This document shows, one piece after another, positions 47,701 through 56,198 of a DNA stretch of 64,000 nt. The stretch spans positions 75,855 through 139,854 of IMG/VR virus record IMGVR_UViG_3300044971_002537; one strand, given 5' to 3'. The translations under genes were made by a program, and so were the position numbers. The first letter of the stretch is position 1; each line of letters begins with the position of its first letter. The notes under the pieces are model-generated. The model did not search any database, had not been told where the DNA came from, and saw only the letters and a program-made list of their open reading frames with translations. This DNA comes from a virus.

Positions 47701-50377
47701 ACAACTGAAAGCAAGCTTTGTTTTGGTCCCGAGTGGAAATGAGCAAATTTTTGAAATCATTCCTGAGCCCCTTATTGATAGCTTAAAGTCGTTAGGAGTT
47801 TTAAATTCTCCAGCAGATGTTTTGTCAAGTCTCGCCTCTAATAAGGTTTTTGGGTGTAATACATATTTTAGCGAATATGGATGTGCCGGTACAAATAGTT
47901 ATGGCCAGCAAGCATTTTTTCCGTGTGCAGCATGCTCTAATCCCACAGTAGAAACCTGTGATTGTCCAACTGTGGTATGTGATGAGTGTGACACAATTAC
48001 GTTTATACCGCCGGAATATCAAAATCCATGTGTTTGCAATTGTAATTTACAGTTAATGAGAAAAACCCTTATAGATATATCTGGTGCAAAAACTTTAGTA
48101 TATGGAACTGGCACAGTCTGTGATTTTTACGGGATAGAGACAACTGGACTGGTGGTAGCCGTAAGTTATTCCGGAGAATATGGATCAATTGGCCCAGTCT
48201 ATATAAATTCGAATACTGAAATTGATTTTGCGTCTACTCCAGTAGATCTGATTGCTGATTCGGCTTGTTCATGGCATACTGGCCCCAACATGCTAGCGAC
48301 TGGCGTTTACTATGAGTTTGAAGAACCACATCGCGAACGTCAGGGCGATTTAGTATGCACAACACTAATACCATCTACTTGTGATGGAGATTGTAGTCAT
48401 GATCAGTCAGCTCAAGCTGGATCGTGCGGAGACCCAATCCCTTGGTCTGGTGATGTGAATAGTGGAGTATCGGTTAATCTAAGATCCTGTTTTCCAGAAG
48501 TTATGGTGGTTAACAAGATAGAGTGTACAGGAGATGTCTTTAACCTATACGTGGCCAGAGAGTACCATACCAGACCTAGAAATTGGCAACATATAGTAGG
48601 TGGTACGCCCGCATCATCCTGTAAACCTAAACAGATAGGATCATATCGATACCCAGTTGGGACTGGGACTGTTTGCGTAGAGATCCCATTCTGTACCCCA
48701 TCTGACTCTGTTACTCCTGCATATTATTCTGAGCCAGAAATGTCTGGAACTGGCATTGTGTCATATAGGGGAGTCTGCAATGCTCATTATTCAGAAGGTC
48801 TCCATTCAAATCAAGATTTTATTTTAGGAGAACCCCCAGCATCTGGCGAAGACAGACTGTGGAATTATTTTAATCTATTCTATGAGTCAGGTGTGCCTAG
48901 TAACAAATATTTTCCAGCCATTGATCTAGGAGATCAAACAGACAACAGTCCACCTCCTAATCCTTGCGGGACCGGAGTAGTCTATAGTAGTACTGCTATT
49001 TTTGATACTGGCTTATATTTCACACCAGCAAATAGACTCGGGGTAGACTGGACTAATAAATTCCATAGTTGCTTACAAGATCATGCAGAGTGTGGAAGTG
49101 ACTTTTATTGTAATAAAATGTTCTTTCCAAGAAGGAAATATGTTGTAGGTACTAAAGTATCTAGATTTGGGGCTCTACAACTTTGTACATCTAATTCATC
49201 ATTGGTTTTAGGAGACTGGTACACTGGATATCAAGATTTTGAAACTAACGAAATGCCAGACATAATACTAGAAGCAGAAAATACGAGATTTATCAATGCT
49301 TGTGACGAAACAGCTAAAACTTCTATAACTGAAAATGTTGGATTAGATGACGTAATAATCACTGTTGAAGATTATCTTCCGTTAATAGGTGTGAATACAT
49401 CATTATTTAGATATACATCAGATACTAAAAGTTGTTCTATAGTTTCCGATGCTTGTCATATTATGAGTCTACATTCTCAGTCTTCTATCGATGCTAGTGT
49501 CGGAAGCCCAAAGACCTTTTTGGCTAACAACTTTAGCAGTATGGGATATTATCTTGATAAATCTGCCTATTCAGAACAAGATAATTGCTTATTTAATCCC
49601 TTCAAAATATTGGTGGACGTAGAATGTTGCGAGTCGGTTTTGAGGAGGAGAGACCTATTACAAGATCCGCCAACTTTACTTGAATATGTTCTAGATGGAG
49701 TGCCAAGTGTTGCTTGCGGGGGCTTTATAAAACCTCCTCCCTGTACCTGCAATGATAGCACTTGTGGAGGGATTCTTGGATATTACGAACTAGCTCCACA
49801 GTCGGTCTGTGTAACGCTAGCAAAATCCAGAGGTATATATGCTGAAGTCGTTGGGACAGGAATAGTGGATTATTGCACTACACCATGTGACACATGTTGT
49901 GCTGGCCCAGCTAGTGGATCTGCAAATACTGCAACGGTAAGAGATTCAGCTCCATATTACGGATATATGACATCGTCAGGAGGGGTCGCTTACGAAATAG
50001 GAGAGACTATCGAGCCAGTTGGATGCTCCGCATGCGATAGGGCACAACCAATAGCTGGAGCATATACTTACTGTGAATCTGGTGGTCAGCCGTTCATCAG
50101 TGATGGGAATATAAGCGTAGCAGCGTATAAGTGCGGTGATTATTTATACATTCCATATCCTATCGAGACAGGATGTTGTCCAAGTCGAACCCTATGTAGC
50201 GTACTTGGAAACTCATGGAAGCTTAATATTGACGAATGCATGATATTCAACTCGGCATCAGACAGCAGGGGAGACCACACCGAAGATTATCTCAATAATT
50301 GTGGATGCCTAGATGCAACTAGATATGTTCAGTGTGATTCTTCAGTAATTCATGTGACAATTACAGAGGCAATGTAA
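44789..50377 (+). CDS. Giant cysteine-rich putative tail-tip/adhesin protein (1862 aa)
   Basis: Uninterrupted ORF after AGGA; Cys throughout (CC, CxC, CxxC clusters), Gly/Pro/Tyr-rich; last large gene of the tail operon. Confidence 0.65.
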   Translation: MADMLSGCYECSRNCINDQFCGQDGTISLPKQLKIRVIANPTFWGFNDGSGNVLTSGTAIFSNGHYDFFDGYDELHFATKQCGTLGPVQGPFRDEQRPDVLYRSVYDPDDPTADEFSGLKHYNGATRDDIERGGAEVYLIDRAGTATSDLESCDQSDPTKVYKKFPENFGYGTKISTTDTIFKNKTGAWRYISQDVCYDNIYMDSSVVSECDGSPKQEILRGDNFGLEYDPFQIRVSGERGCVQDGSIPSLYKGEAYVYRSGGIEDFLHLGLIYNSGVASGIADGMALGVYGSYLDGGYRVFGVTHSSGVTDCKVVGTLGSGEVLETGHRWSALGTSDPNTCCGGAAHNISNDTKRPNSVKNYHSDLGRIFNNNKNKLQANRFPENRYTYGLGTTSQINPANSFRVNKTIPDVTETGVLLESGYPVFSQEHPYYGAFFDIDKYDTSVRVDGKYNKTQGNNGTCYSKKASLSVYPDCITQYSERFQECDGPYKQITNMISRLAIVYRGCNFDDGCTYSESGHPYFAPTGVEDLRKGLSGQEIYMYINLSNVWGPKTKPQDVCGCGDDVPPGLRDPIFVEVPSPVTFPTFPKFDLYPEDYGCNDILWQYKWASECEGGSLSECPIPSSDYACLPKQPYTTYGFIRNLCGNEYHDRREVITSAFANLVQAGDYRNTGVAPTDPQPMYWQFNNPYTLESGQVGGFSASGNYPFWGVSDSQGRVVSPYFRPKPAIAYGLACDGPPPEYPYLDFDLCSTRASGWPTDKVPFLVEIDHTDDCVGCGSIEAAQTDLILETAGLNTSFSHARGEKYGWNHCTYKGTNFDPTYSCETGFGVPCDGLVSGIDLTSSYVGNTCSCIANQFDLMNIKLRGSNISAGWTTWNINNSYINVPDCAQDRLNDYFTPAPTVRSPGFSVYASFKLACEGAHDHLIPPDATGIIRNYLTLSQITGASNVLDVMYENAGCGHHFPSAASDLQLKASFVLVPSGNEQIFEIIPEPLIDSLKSLGVLNSPADVLSSLASNKVFGCNTYFSEYGCAGTNSYGQQAFFPCAACSNPTVETCDCPTVVCDECDTITFIPPEYQNPCVCNCNLQLMRKTLIDISGAKTLVYGTGTVCDFYGIETTGLVVAVSYSGEYGSIGPVYINSNTEIDFASTPVDLIADSACSWHTGPNMLATGVYYEFEEPHRERQGDLVCTTLIPSTCDGDCSHDQSAQAGSCGDPIPWSGDVNSGVSVNLRSCFPEVMVVNKIECTGDVFNLYVAREYHTRPRNWQHIVGGTPASSCKPKQIGSYRYPVGTGTVCVEIPFCTPSDSVTPAYYSEPEMSGTGIVSYRGVCNAHYSEGLHSNQDFILGEPPASGEDRLWNYFNLFYESGVPSNKYFPAIDLGDQTDNSPPPNPCGTGVVYSSTAIFDTGLYFTPANRLGVDWTNKFHSCLQDHAECGSDFYCNKMFFPRRKYVVGTKVSRFGALQLCTSNSSLVLGDWYTGYQDFETNEMPDIILEAENTRFINACDETAKTSITENVGLDDVIITVEDYLPLIGVNTSLFRYTSDTKSCSIVSDACHIMSLHSQSSIDASVGSPKTFLANNFSSMGYYLDKSAYSEQDNCLFNPFKILVDVECCESVLRRRDLLQDPPTLLEYVLDGVPSVACGGFIKPPPCTCNDSTCGGILGYYELAPQSVCVTLAKSRGIYAEVVGTGIVDYCTTPCDTCCAGPASGSANTATVRDSAPYYGYMTSSGGVAYEIGETIEPVGCSACDRAQPIAGAYTYCESGGQPFISDGNISVAAYKCGDYLYIPYPIETGCCPSRTLCSVLGNSWKLNIDECMIFNSASDSRGDHTEDYLNNCGCLDATRYVQCDSSVIHVTITEAM

Positions 50378-50394
50378 TCCAGAGGATTTAGGAT

Positions 50395-50862
50395 ATGGAA
50401 GAAAACAAAAAGACCGATTGCTCGTGTCCACTTGCCGGTTTTTGCAATAGGCACGGGATCGAAAAATCTCCACATCAGCACAAGCTATGCCAAAATAGTC
50501 CAGCCTATTTCAACAGATGGGAAGAGTGTCGTGGTCCGGGCCAGAGATTTGTTGAGTGCAATAAAAAAGAATCGCCTACTACGATTCCAGCGATTGAGTC
50601 TCCGCAAGTCGCACCGACATTGGAGAAGCCCCATAGTATGCCGTCACTGTGGCAGCAAGCTAAAAACCTAGGATCGGCGATAAAACAACATGCTAAAAGC
50701 GGCTTTAGCCATGTATCAGAAGAAACGAAGCAGGAGAGGCTGAAGGTTTGCAGTACGTGCCCTTTTCTGTCTGGAGACAGATGTACGAAATGTGGATGTC
50801 ATACTCCCACTAAAGCTAGTTGGGCCGCTAATTCATGTCCTGCTGGCTACTGGAAGGACTAA
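50395..50862 (+). CDS. Small two-module Cys-rich protein (C-terminus DUF6171-like)
   Basis: N-terminal CSCPLAGFCNRH...K...LC; C-terminal RL.VC..CP.....RC..CGC....K.......CP.G.W. Confidence 0.7.
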   Translation: MEENKKTDCSCPLAGFCNRHGIEKSPHQHKLCQNSPAYFNRWEECRGPGQRFVECNKKESPTTIPAIESPQVAPTLEKPHSMPSLWQQAKNLGSAIKQHAKSGFSHVSEETKQERLKVCSTCPFLSGDRCTKCGCHTPTKASWAANSCPAGYWKD

Positions 50863-50880
50863 TGGAAGGACTAATGGAAG
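50851..50880. repeat. 12-nt tandem repeat at the convergence of the two genome arms
   Basis: TGGAAGGACTAA TGGAAGGACTAA TGGAAG. Confidence 0.85.
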
Positions 50881-51812
50881 TACCAATCAGTATTGCAGAC
50901 CGCATTAGGTAGAATCATCAGATCCTTCTGAGATGCGAACCATAGATTGGTTAGAAATTCAAAGAAAAGTCCTTCTTTTCTATTATTGAAACCCACTTCG
51001 GGGCCAGAGTAGATCAGGTTCTGGTCACTGTGCATACCACTACATTTTACAGATCGTAAGTTGTACGAGAATATTTTTTGGACCACCAGCGGGAATACCC
51101 TCCTATAGAATTCTTGCAATCTGAGATACACACTCCTGTGACAAATTATCTGATTGGACCAAAGACCAAAATTGCATACTTCACCGGTAAGAGAGATAGC
51201 GAATTTCTCAAAGTCTCTTATGCAGCCCTTGTTGAATAGCAGAAAAATGTCGTTATGTTTAAATAACGATCTTTCTGCCGTCAAAACTATGTTTTTGTCT
51301 CCACTATTGAACAAGATTTTGGTGTTATCCCAGTTATGAAAATTATCGATTTTATTGGGTCCAAATTTTCTATTCCAAGAAGCTGTAACAACTCCGACAT
51401 ACTCTGCTTCTGGCATATCTGCTAAAAAAGCTCTAGATTCTGCAAAACAATTGTTTTGATATTGTCTATAGGTCCCTAGGTCCATGTCCTGCAGTAAAGT
51501 AAGATACAGATAATTTCTATCTTCCCCGTCATATTGATCGGGGCGATGTCCGAGAAGTAGGATCTTACATTCGTCTAAGATCCGCTCGTCATAATCATGA
51601 ATGAATTTACGAAGATGCTTTTCTTCTTCTACGTACCTGTGTACACAAGAGATTTGATCTTGGGTCATCATGTGATATGGTGTACCAAATTTAAGATCTA
51701 GGCTATGCCTATGTCCTTCATTCTTTAGGCACATTAGCCATTTTTTCCTATCTTTAGTTTCAAAATGGCGACTACACCATCCGGGCTGTGAGCATATGCA
51801 TTCTTGCATCAC
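50871..51812 (-). CDS. DUF4422/GT111-like glycosyltransferase with N-terminal Cys/His module
   Basis: KILLLGH, NNCFAESRAF, EYVGV, SNQIICHRSVY and RKEGLFFEFL..LW match in order my recollection of DUF4422 motifs (KI.V..HK, N..YCEL, DY.G, CNMFI, R..G..SERL..W). Confidence 0.55.
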   Translation of the reverse strand: MMQECICSQPGWCSRHFETKDRKKWLMCLKNEGHRHSLDLKFGTPYHMMTQDQISCVHRYVEEEKHLRKFIHDYDERILDECKILLLGHRPDQYDGEDRNYLYLTLLQDMDLGTYRQYQNNCFAESRAFLADMPEAEYVGVVTASWNRKFGPNKIDNFHNWDNTKILFNSGDKNIVLTAERSLFKHNDIFLLFNKGCIRDFEKFAISLTGEVCNFGLWSNQIICHRSVYLRLQEFYRRVFPLVVQKIFSYNLRSVKCSGMHSDQNLIYSGPEVGFNNRKEGLFFEFLTNLWFASQKDLMILPNAVCNTDWYFH

Positions 51813-52321
51813 ACTATCTCCAGCGGAATAGTTTTTCTACAAATACTTAGCCCCTTTTCTGTCGGGACATGTAAGCAACTGTAGCCAGAAGATATCAAGT
51901 CATTAACCATCAATTTTTCAGATATCTGATGGTGTCCTGCCGTATCGTGAAATACCAACATCGTGCTATCTGTAATAACTGACTCTCTTTTTAGAAGCTC
52001 AAGACATTTAGTCTGCTCTTCGTAGCAGTGAGCATCAAAGAATATCATCTCAATGGATGACCCTATATCCTCAATTCTTATATCAGATATATTTTTGGAA
52101 ATCATAATATGGTCTGGATGGTTGATTGAAAATGAGTTCACATCAACGCTCCAAACTTTTGCTCCTGCCCAACAAAAGCATCTAGCAGAAAAGCCATCCA
52201 GACCGCCAAGTTCTAGAACTGTCTTTATCTTAAATGCCCTTATAAGGGCATATAGGAATAGGACATCATCTGCCTGTATTTCAAATCCCACTTGACAACT
52301 CCTGATACACGCCGACTCCAA
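51809..52321 (-). CDS. Class I SAM-dependent methyltransferase (Methyltransf_24-like)
   Basis: TVLELGGLDGFSA, VWSVD, MIFFDAH.YE and LVFHDT motifs. Confidence 0.85.
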   Translation of the reverse strand: MESACIRSCQVGFEIQADDVLFLYALIRAFKIKTVLELGGLDGFSARCFCWAGAKVWSVDVNSFSINHPDHIMISKNISDIRIEDIGSSIEMIFFDAHCYEEQTKCLELLKRESVITDSTMLVFHDTAGHHQISEKLMVNDLISSGYSCLHVPTEKGLSICRKTIPLEIV

Positions 52322-52508
52322 GTAAAATGCACTCTAAATAATCTCTATGCAAGGAGATAAAGTGGTGATATCTGCCATCAAATTGTCTGATAATCGGCTT
52401 ATCCCAATTCATTTTAGAAAAAGTGGCATCATCTATCGTCTGCTCTGAAATTTCAGAAAACGATACTCCTAAATTGTCTTTTTTAAACACTAGTCTATAA
52501 TACTTCAT
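52281..52508 (-). CDS. Small hypothetical protein
   Basis: Overlaps both neighbours in the operon; no motif recognised. Confidence 0.5.
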   Translation of the reverse strand: MKYYRLVFKKDNLGVSFSEISEQTIDDATFSKMNWDKPIIRQFDGRYHHFISLHRDYLECILLGVGVYQELSSGI

Positions 52509-53577
52509 ACGCCGCCTTTAAAGCTGCACCAATCGCTTGATGCATGTCTATGTATTTGTAGTGGCCTAATCGGCCACCGAATATGGTACTTCCCAAAGAA
52601 GTAAGTGCCTTGTACCTATTATAGGTGATTATGTCATGCTTGGTTCGAATCGGGTAGAATTCGTCTCCAGAATCTGACGGAAATTCTCTTGTTATCACTG
52701 TCGTATCTGTAAGCACTCCTGTGAAATGCTTGTGCTCACATATCCGCGTAAATGGAGTTCTATCAGTATAGTTCATCACACTACACCCCTGATAGTCTGG
52801 CTTTCTTACGAGTTCAGTCTCAAATCGTAGACTCCTCCAGCCTAGTCTGCCAAAATCATAGTCAAAATATTGATCAATTGGCCCAGTATAAACAACCCTC
52901 TTTGCTAATCGATCTAGTCGGCCCTTATTGGCGAAGTAATCGACCCCAGTCTCGACCCGAATTCCAGAAAGCATTTCAGTAAAAAGAGATGTGTAGCCGT
53001 CAACAGGGATGCCCTGATATGTATCCAAGAAATACCTGTCATCAAATGATAGTCTTATTGGAAGACGCTTGATGATGGATTTTGGCAAATTTTTAGGATC
53101 GGTTCCCCATTGTTTCAACGTGTAATCTCGTACGAATGTTTCATAGAGTTCAGATCCTATTTGAGATAGGATATAGGATTCCAGATCATCTTCCACGGAT
53201 GGAATTTGTCTTTGCTGAAGAGCATGGTGGGCCGACTCGGGAGTTTGGACTCCCCACATCTGATATAGCGTCATTAAGTTTATGGGAAATGAGTAGATCT
53301 TGCCAAAATTTGAAACTTTAACTGTGTGCCTGTAATTATTAAATTTGCTGAAGCGATTAACAAAGTTCCATACTTCTTCGTTCGAGGTATGAAATATATG
53401 GGCACCATATTCATGGACATCAATCCCGTTCTGCTTAGTGGTGAAACAATTTCCTGCTATATGCTCCCGCTTATCGATGACCAAACAACTTTTGCCATGG
53501 TCTTTCACAACTCTAGCAAACGTCGCCCCGAAACATCCTGCCCCGACTATAAGGAAATCTAGCATAGGCTCATCCAA
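52495..53577 (-). CDS. glf: UDP-galactopyranose mutase
   Basis: FAD-binding IVGAGCFG; IAGNC; HEYGAHIFHT; YT.KQWG; RLPIR...DDRYF.D.YQGIP..GYT; RSLRFE; TRI.EHKHF; YP; GRLG.YKY.DMHQ.I. Confidence 0.96.
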   Translation of the reverse strand: MDEPMLDFLIVGAGCFGATFARVVKDHGKSCLVIDKREHIAGNCFTTKQNGIDVHEYGAHIFHTSNEEVWNFVNRFSKFNNYRHTVKVSNFGKIYSFPINLMTLYQMWGVQTPESAHHALQQRQIPSVEDDLESYILSQIGSELYETFVRDYTLKQWGTDPKNLPKSIIKRLPIRLSFDDRYFLDTYQGIPVDGYTSLFTEMLSGIRVETGVDYFANKGRLDRLAKRVVYTGPIDQYFDYDFGRLGWRSLRFETELVRKPDYQGCSVMNYTDRTPFTRICEHKHFTGVLTDTTVITREFPSDSGDEFYPIRTKHDIITYNRYKALTSLGSTIFGGRLGHYKYIDMHQAIGAALKAAYEVL

Positions 53578-53605
53578 CGAGAAGGGGTGGCTTTCGCCAC
53601 CCTTC
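53574..53605 (-). terminator. GAAA-tetraloop hairpin after the SSB gene (terminator-like, weak U tract)
   Basis: Minus strand GAAGGGTGGC-GAAA-GCCACCCCTTCTCGT. Confidence 0.6.
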
Positions 53606-53639
53606 AGTGTGATCTGATCGTTAATTAGACCATTCTATT

Positions 53640-54242
53640 TTACTGGTTCAGATAAGGAATCAGCTTATCTCTACAGAATTCATCTGCTGCTGCGGCCACT
53701 TCGGCGTCCAATTCTCCAGCAGTAAAAGTAGGAGTGAAGTACTTAACCGCCCCCTTCTTCTGGGCTTCGCCACGAGTCGCAGAAACGACCATCTCGTATA
53801 CCTTGAAGATGCTTCCACTCGCCTCGACGAAGGCTGACCAGTCTCGCAGGCACGCCCCAGACAACTGAATATCGACCGGGGTCCAAGCTTCATCAATCTT
53901 AGCCATTGCGAAGATGTTAGTGACGAACTTACCTCCTGCCGCTACTACGTCATTCTTGATGTCAGCGTAAAGTCCCTCAGCGAGGACCACCTTGCCAGCC
54001 CTGACAGTCAGTGGATTCTTTACGGTAGACTTAACAATGTTGGAGTTGATGCGACAATTGTTAGAATCGCTCCAACCACCGATTGACGATCGAATATCCA
54101 TTACCACGAATTCGAGGGTATCAAACCTCACATTCTTTTCACCGTCCCAATAGGCCCAAATCCCTTCGGCACCACCGAATTCGATGTAGTACTTAACAGG
54201 GGACTTGATCTTGTTGGATGTTTGTGTATCAGTTCTGCTCAT
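53640..54242 (-). CDS. Putative phage single-stranded DNA-binding protein
   Basis: F.V.D...I.GWSD....I.SN.V, G.Y.DIK...GGKF and KKGAV.YF.P.F pattern of a phage SSB-like family; adjacent to the SSAP. Start at MSRTD (54242) preferred. Confidence 0.6.
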   Translation of the reverse strand: MSRTDTQTSNKIKSPVKYYIEFGGAEGIWAYWDGEKNVRFDTLEFVVMDIRSSIGGWSDSNNCRINSNIVKSTVKNPLTVRAGKVVLAEGLYADIKNDVVAAGGKFVTNIFAMAKIDEAWTPVDIQLSGACLRDWSAFVEASGSIFKVYEMVVSATRGEAQKKGAVKYFTPTFTAGELDAEVAAAADEFCRDKLIPYLNQ

Positions 54243-54283
54243 TGCTTCGCTTTCTAAAAAATTCACTGGGAAGGGCGACAGCC

Positions 54284-54946
54284 CTATCTCCATTCGGTAT
54301 AAACTTTGATTGGTTCGCCGATCAAAGTTTTGTCATTCGTTAACTCTGTTAACTTCTTGATCATCTTTGCTGCTGTATCTCTCGTCACGTCGTAAATGCT
54401 GCGATATTGCTTCTCCCCAGAGTTAATAAAGGCGATCACATTGATATCAAGCTTCTTACACTTGCTATCAATGAAACTAATTTGCTCGTTCGAGATCTTC
54501 TCAACTGTTTCTTCAGCCACAATTTTGGCCACATCATTTTTGCTCAACTCTTCTGCGGAACACTTCTTAAGCTTTAAAGCCTTGCGGAGGGCTCTTCCCT
54601 CTGCTCGGGTGGAGGCGGTCGCTACAGCGTATCCGCAGAAGAGTGCGTCAGTGTTCCCGTGCCAAACGTCAGCCACTTCAGAGTATTCTCTGATAGTACC
54701 GTCCGCTTTCCACGAGAATGTGACAGAATAAACGACAGTAGCTCTAGTGGGGCCATTCCCCTCAGATGGAAATACCTGAGTTGGGCCACTCTTGAGAATT
54801 GGTCCTAGGAGTAGTTCTGCTACCCTACGAAGTCCAGCAGCGTTAGGATGCCCTTCCTGAAGTTCATTTGGGGCAAACTGAGACATCGCATAAGTGTCCC
54901 ACTCTGGAGATAAATAATCCGGAACTGTCTTTTCTTCAGTGCTCAT
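54284..54946 (-). CDS. Single-strand annealing protein (Rad52/Sak-like)
   Basis: P..AGLRRVA, RATVVY.V, ATASTRAEGRALRKAL...AEEL; C-terminal IS.EQI.FI helical domain. Confidence 0.7.
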   Translation of the reverse strand: MSTEEKTVPDYLSPEWDTYAMSQFAPNELQEGHPNAAGLRRVAELLLGPILKSGPTQVFPSEGNGPTRATVVYSVTFSWKADGTIREYSEVADVWHGNTDALFCGYAVATASTRAEGRALRKALKLKKCSAEELSKNDVAKIVAEETVEKISNEQISFIDSKCKKLDINVIAFINSGEKQYRSIYDVTRDTAAKMIKKLTELTNDKTLIGEPIKVYTEWR

Positions 54947-54969
54947 TCGTTTCCTCGATCTATTATAGC

Positions 54970-55776
54970 CTAAATCTTCCTAGTAACACCATCTTTAATT
55001 TCCAACTCGATCATCCTTTTGCCGAGTGGAGGAAATTCAACTTCAATCTTCCTAAGTTCAGACAGGATTAACTCATAAACATCCTTCATTCTTTTAACAC
55101 TCATCGACCTATCCAATTGTTTTACCCTTATCAGGGCGTACCCATTATTCATCAACAATCCCTGCTTAGCAGTGTCAGCAGACTGTTGCTTTCTCAGCCG
55201 ATCAGGTCCCCAAACCGGCTCGAAATGTGACGGGCCGTCAATCTCTACAGCAGTTTTAAGGTCAGGGATGAACATGTCAACCTCAAGAGCCTGACTTTGT
55301 ATGAGATTTCTGGCATGAATGATTACGCCATAGCCCTCTTCTTCAAGAGCGGCAGATACATACCTCTCAGTTTTAGACCCAATTTCGGCTGATTCTCGGA
55401 TCGCTGCGTAGGCTGCTGATCTCAGATTCTCTTTAGCTGACTCGGTCATATTATTCCACTGTTCCTTTTTGAGGTCGCGGAATTTCTGCTTTTCATCTTC
55501 CGGCAAATCAAGCCAAGCTTTTGATCTTTGGGCTGAAATGTTATTGATTGTTTCCTTGGAGAGCTTTTTCCCCTTGGTGGGATGCTTAGCGATCCCCTGA
55601 GAAATGGCTACACTCTGAGCTTCCGCATAAGAGCGGATTGGAACCCCCAAGAACTTTAGGGCTCGCCTAATCTTGGTTTCATTAGTGCCCATTTCGACAG
55701 CGATGGTGGGAACAGACTTCTTTTCATCCAAATAGGAGAAACGGAGTTTCGCAGAATTAACTATAGCGTATTGCAT
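54970..55776 (-). CDS. Free-standing endonuclease, Vsr/DUF559-like PD-(D/E)XK with HTH/NUMOD-like N-terminus
   Basis: SKTE, LEVDMFIP...AVEIDGPSHF, D..K..LL...GY.LIRV; N-terminal S...IA.E.G and KGKKLSKET. Confidence 0.8.
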   Translation of the reverse strand: MQYAIVNSAKLRFSYLDEKKSVPTIAVEMGTNETKIRRALKFLGVPIRSYAEAQSVAISQGIAKHPTKGKKLSKETINNISAQRSKAWLDLPEDEKQKFRDLKKEQWNNMTESAKENLRSAAYAAIRESAEIGSKTERYVSAALEEEGYGVIIHARNLIQSQALEVDMFIPDLKTAVEIDGPSHFEPVWGPDRLRKQQSADTAKQGLLMNNGYALIRVKQLDRSMSVKRMKDVYELILSELRKIEVEFPPLGKRMIELEIKDGVTRKI

Positions 55777-56198
55777 ATCTTATCCAACTCAAACGGTAAA
55801 ACAATAGAGTCAAGATTGAATAGGTTCTTGATGAACCTTTGGTGATGTTCTGACCTTACGATGAGCTTCAGCTTAGACAAGGTCTCATATGTCTTCACAA
55901 AGTCATACGGTTTCATTAAAAAGGCCAGATCCATCATATAATACGCTTTTTTGGCCCTTATTGTCGCCATTTTGAGTATATCGGCTGACATTAGGCAAGT
56001 CGCTACTAGAGTCCAATCATATGCATTGGCGATCTCTGTGATATTCATGATGGAGAAGTCGGCTGGCAGAACCTGAGAGCTTAGGTTCACGTAGAACAAA
56101 GAAGCCTCATCTAGCCCCCTAGCCTTCTTGTTAAGTTCCTCAAACGCCATTATTGATCGTTCTGAAAAGTTAGTATCGGCCACTATTAAACCAAGCAT
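55761..56198 (-). CDS. Hypothetical protein, possibly a divergent glycosyltransferase-fold fragment
   Basis: LVAT...SA, KAYY.MDL and LIVRS..H resemble the N-terminal half of GT-B enzymes; sits in the glyco cluster. Confidence 0.4.
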   Translation of the reverse strand: MLGLIVADTNFSERSIMAFEELNKKARGLDEASLFYVNLSSQVLPADFSIMNITEIANAYDWTLVATCLMSADILKMATIRAKKAYYMMDLAFLMKPYDFVKTYETLSKLKLIVRSEHHQRFIKNLFNLDSIVLPFELDKICNTL

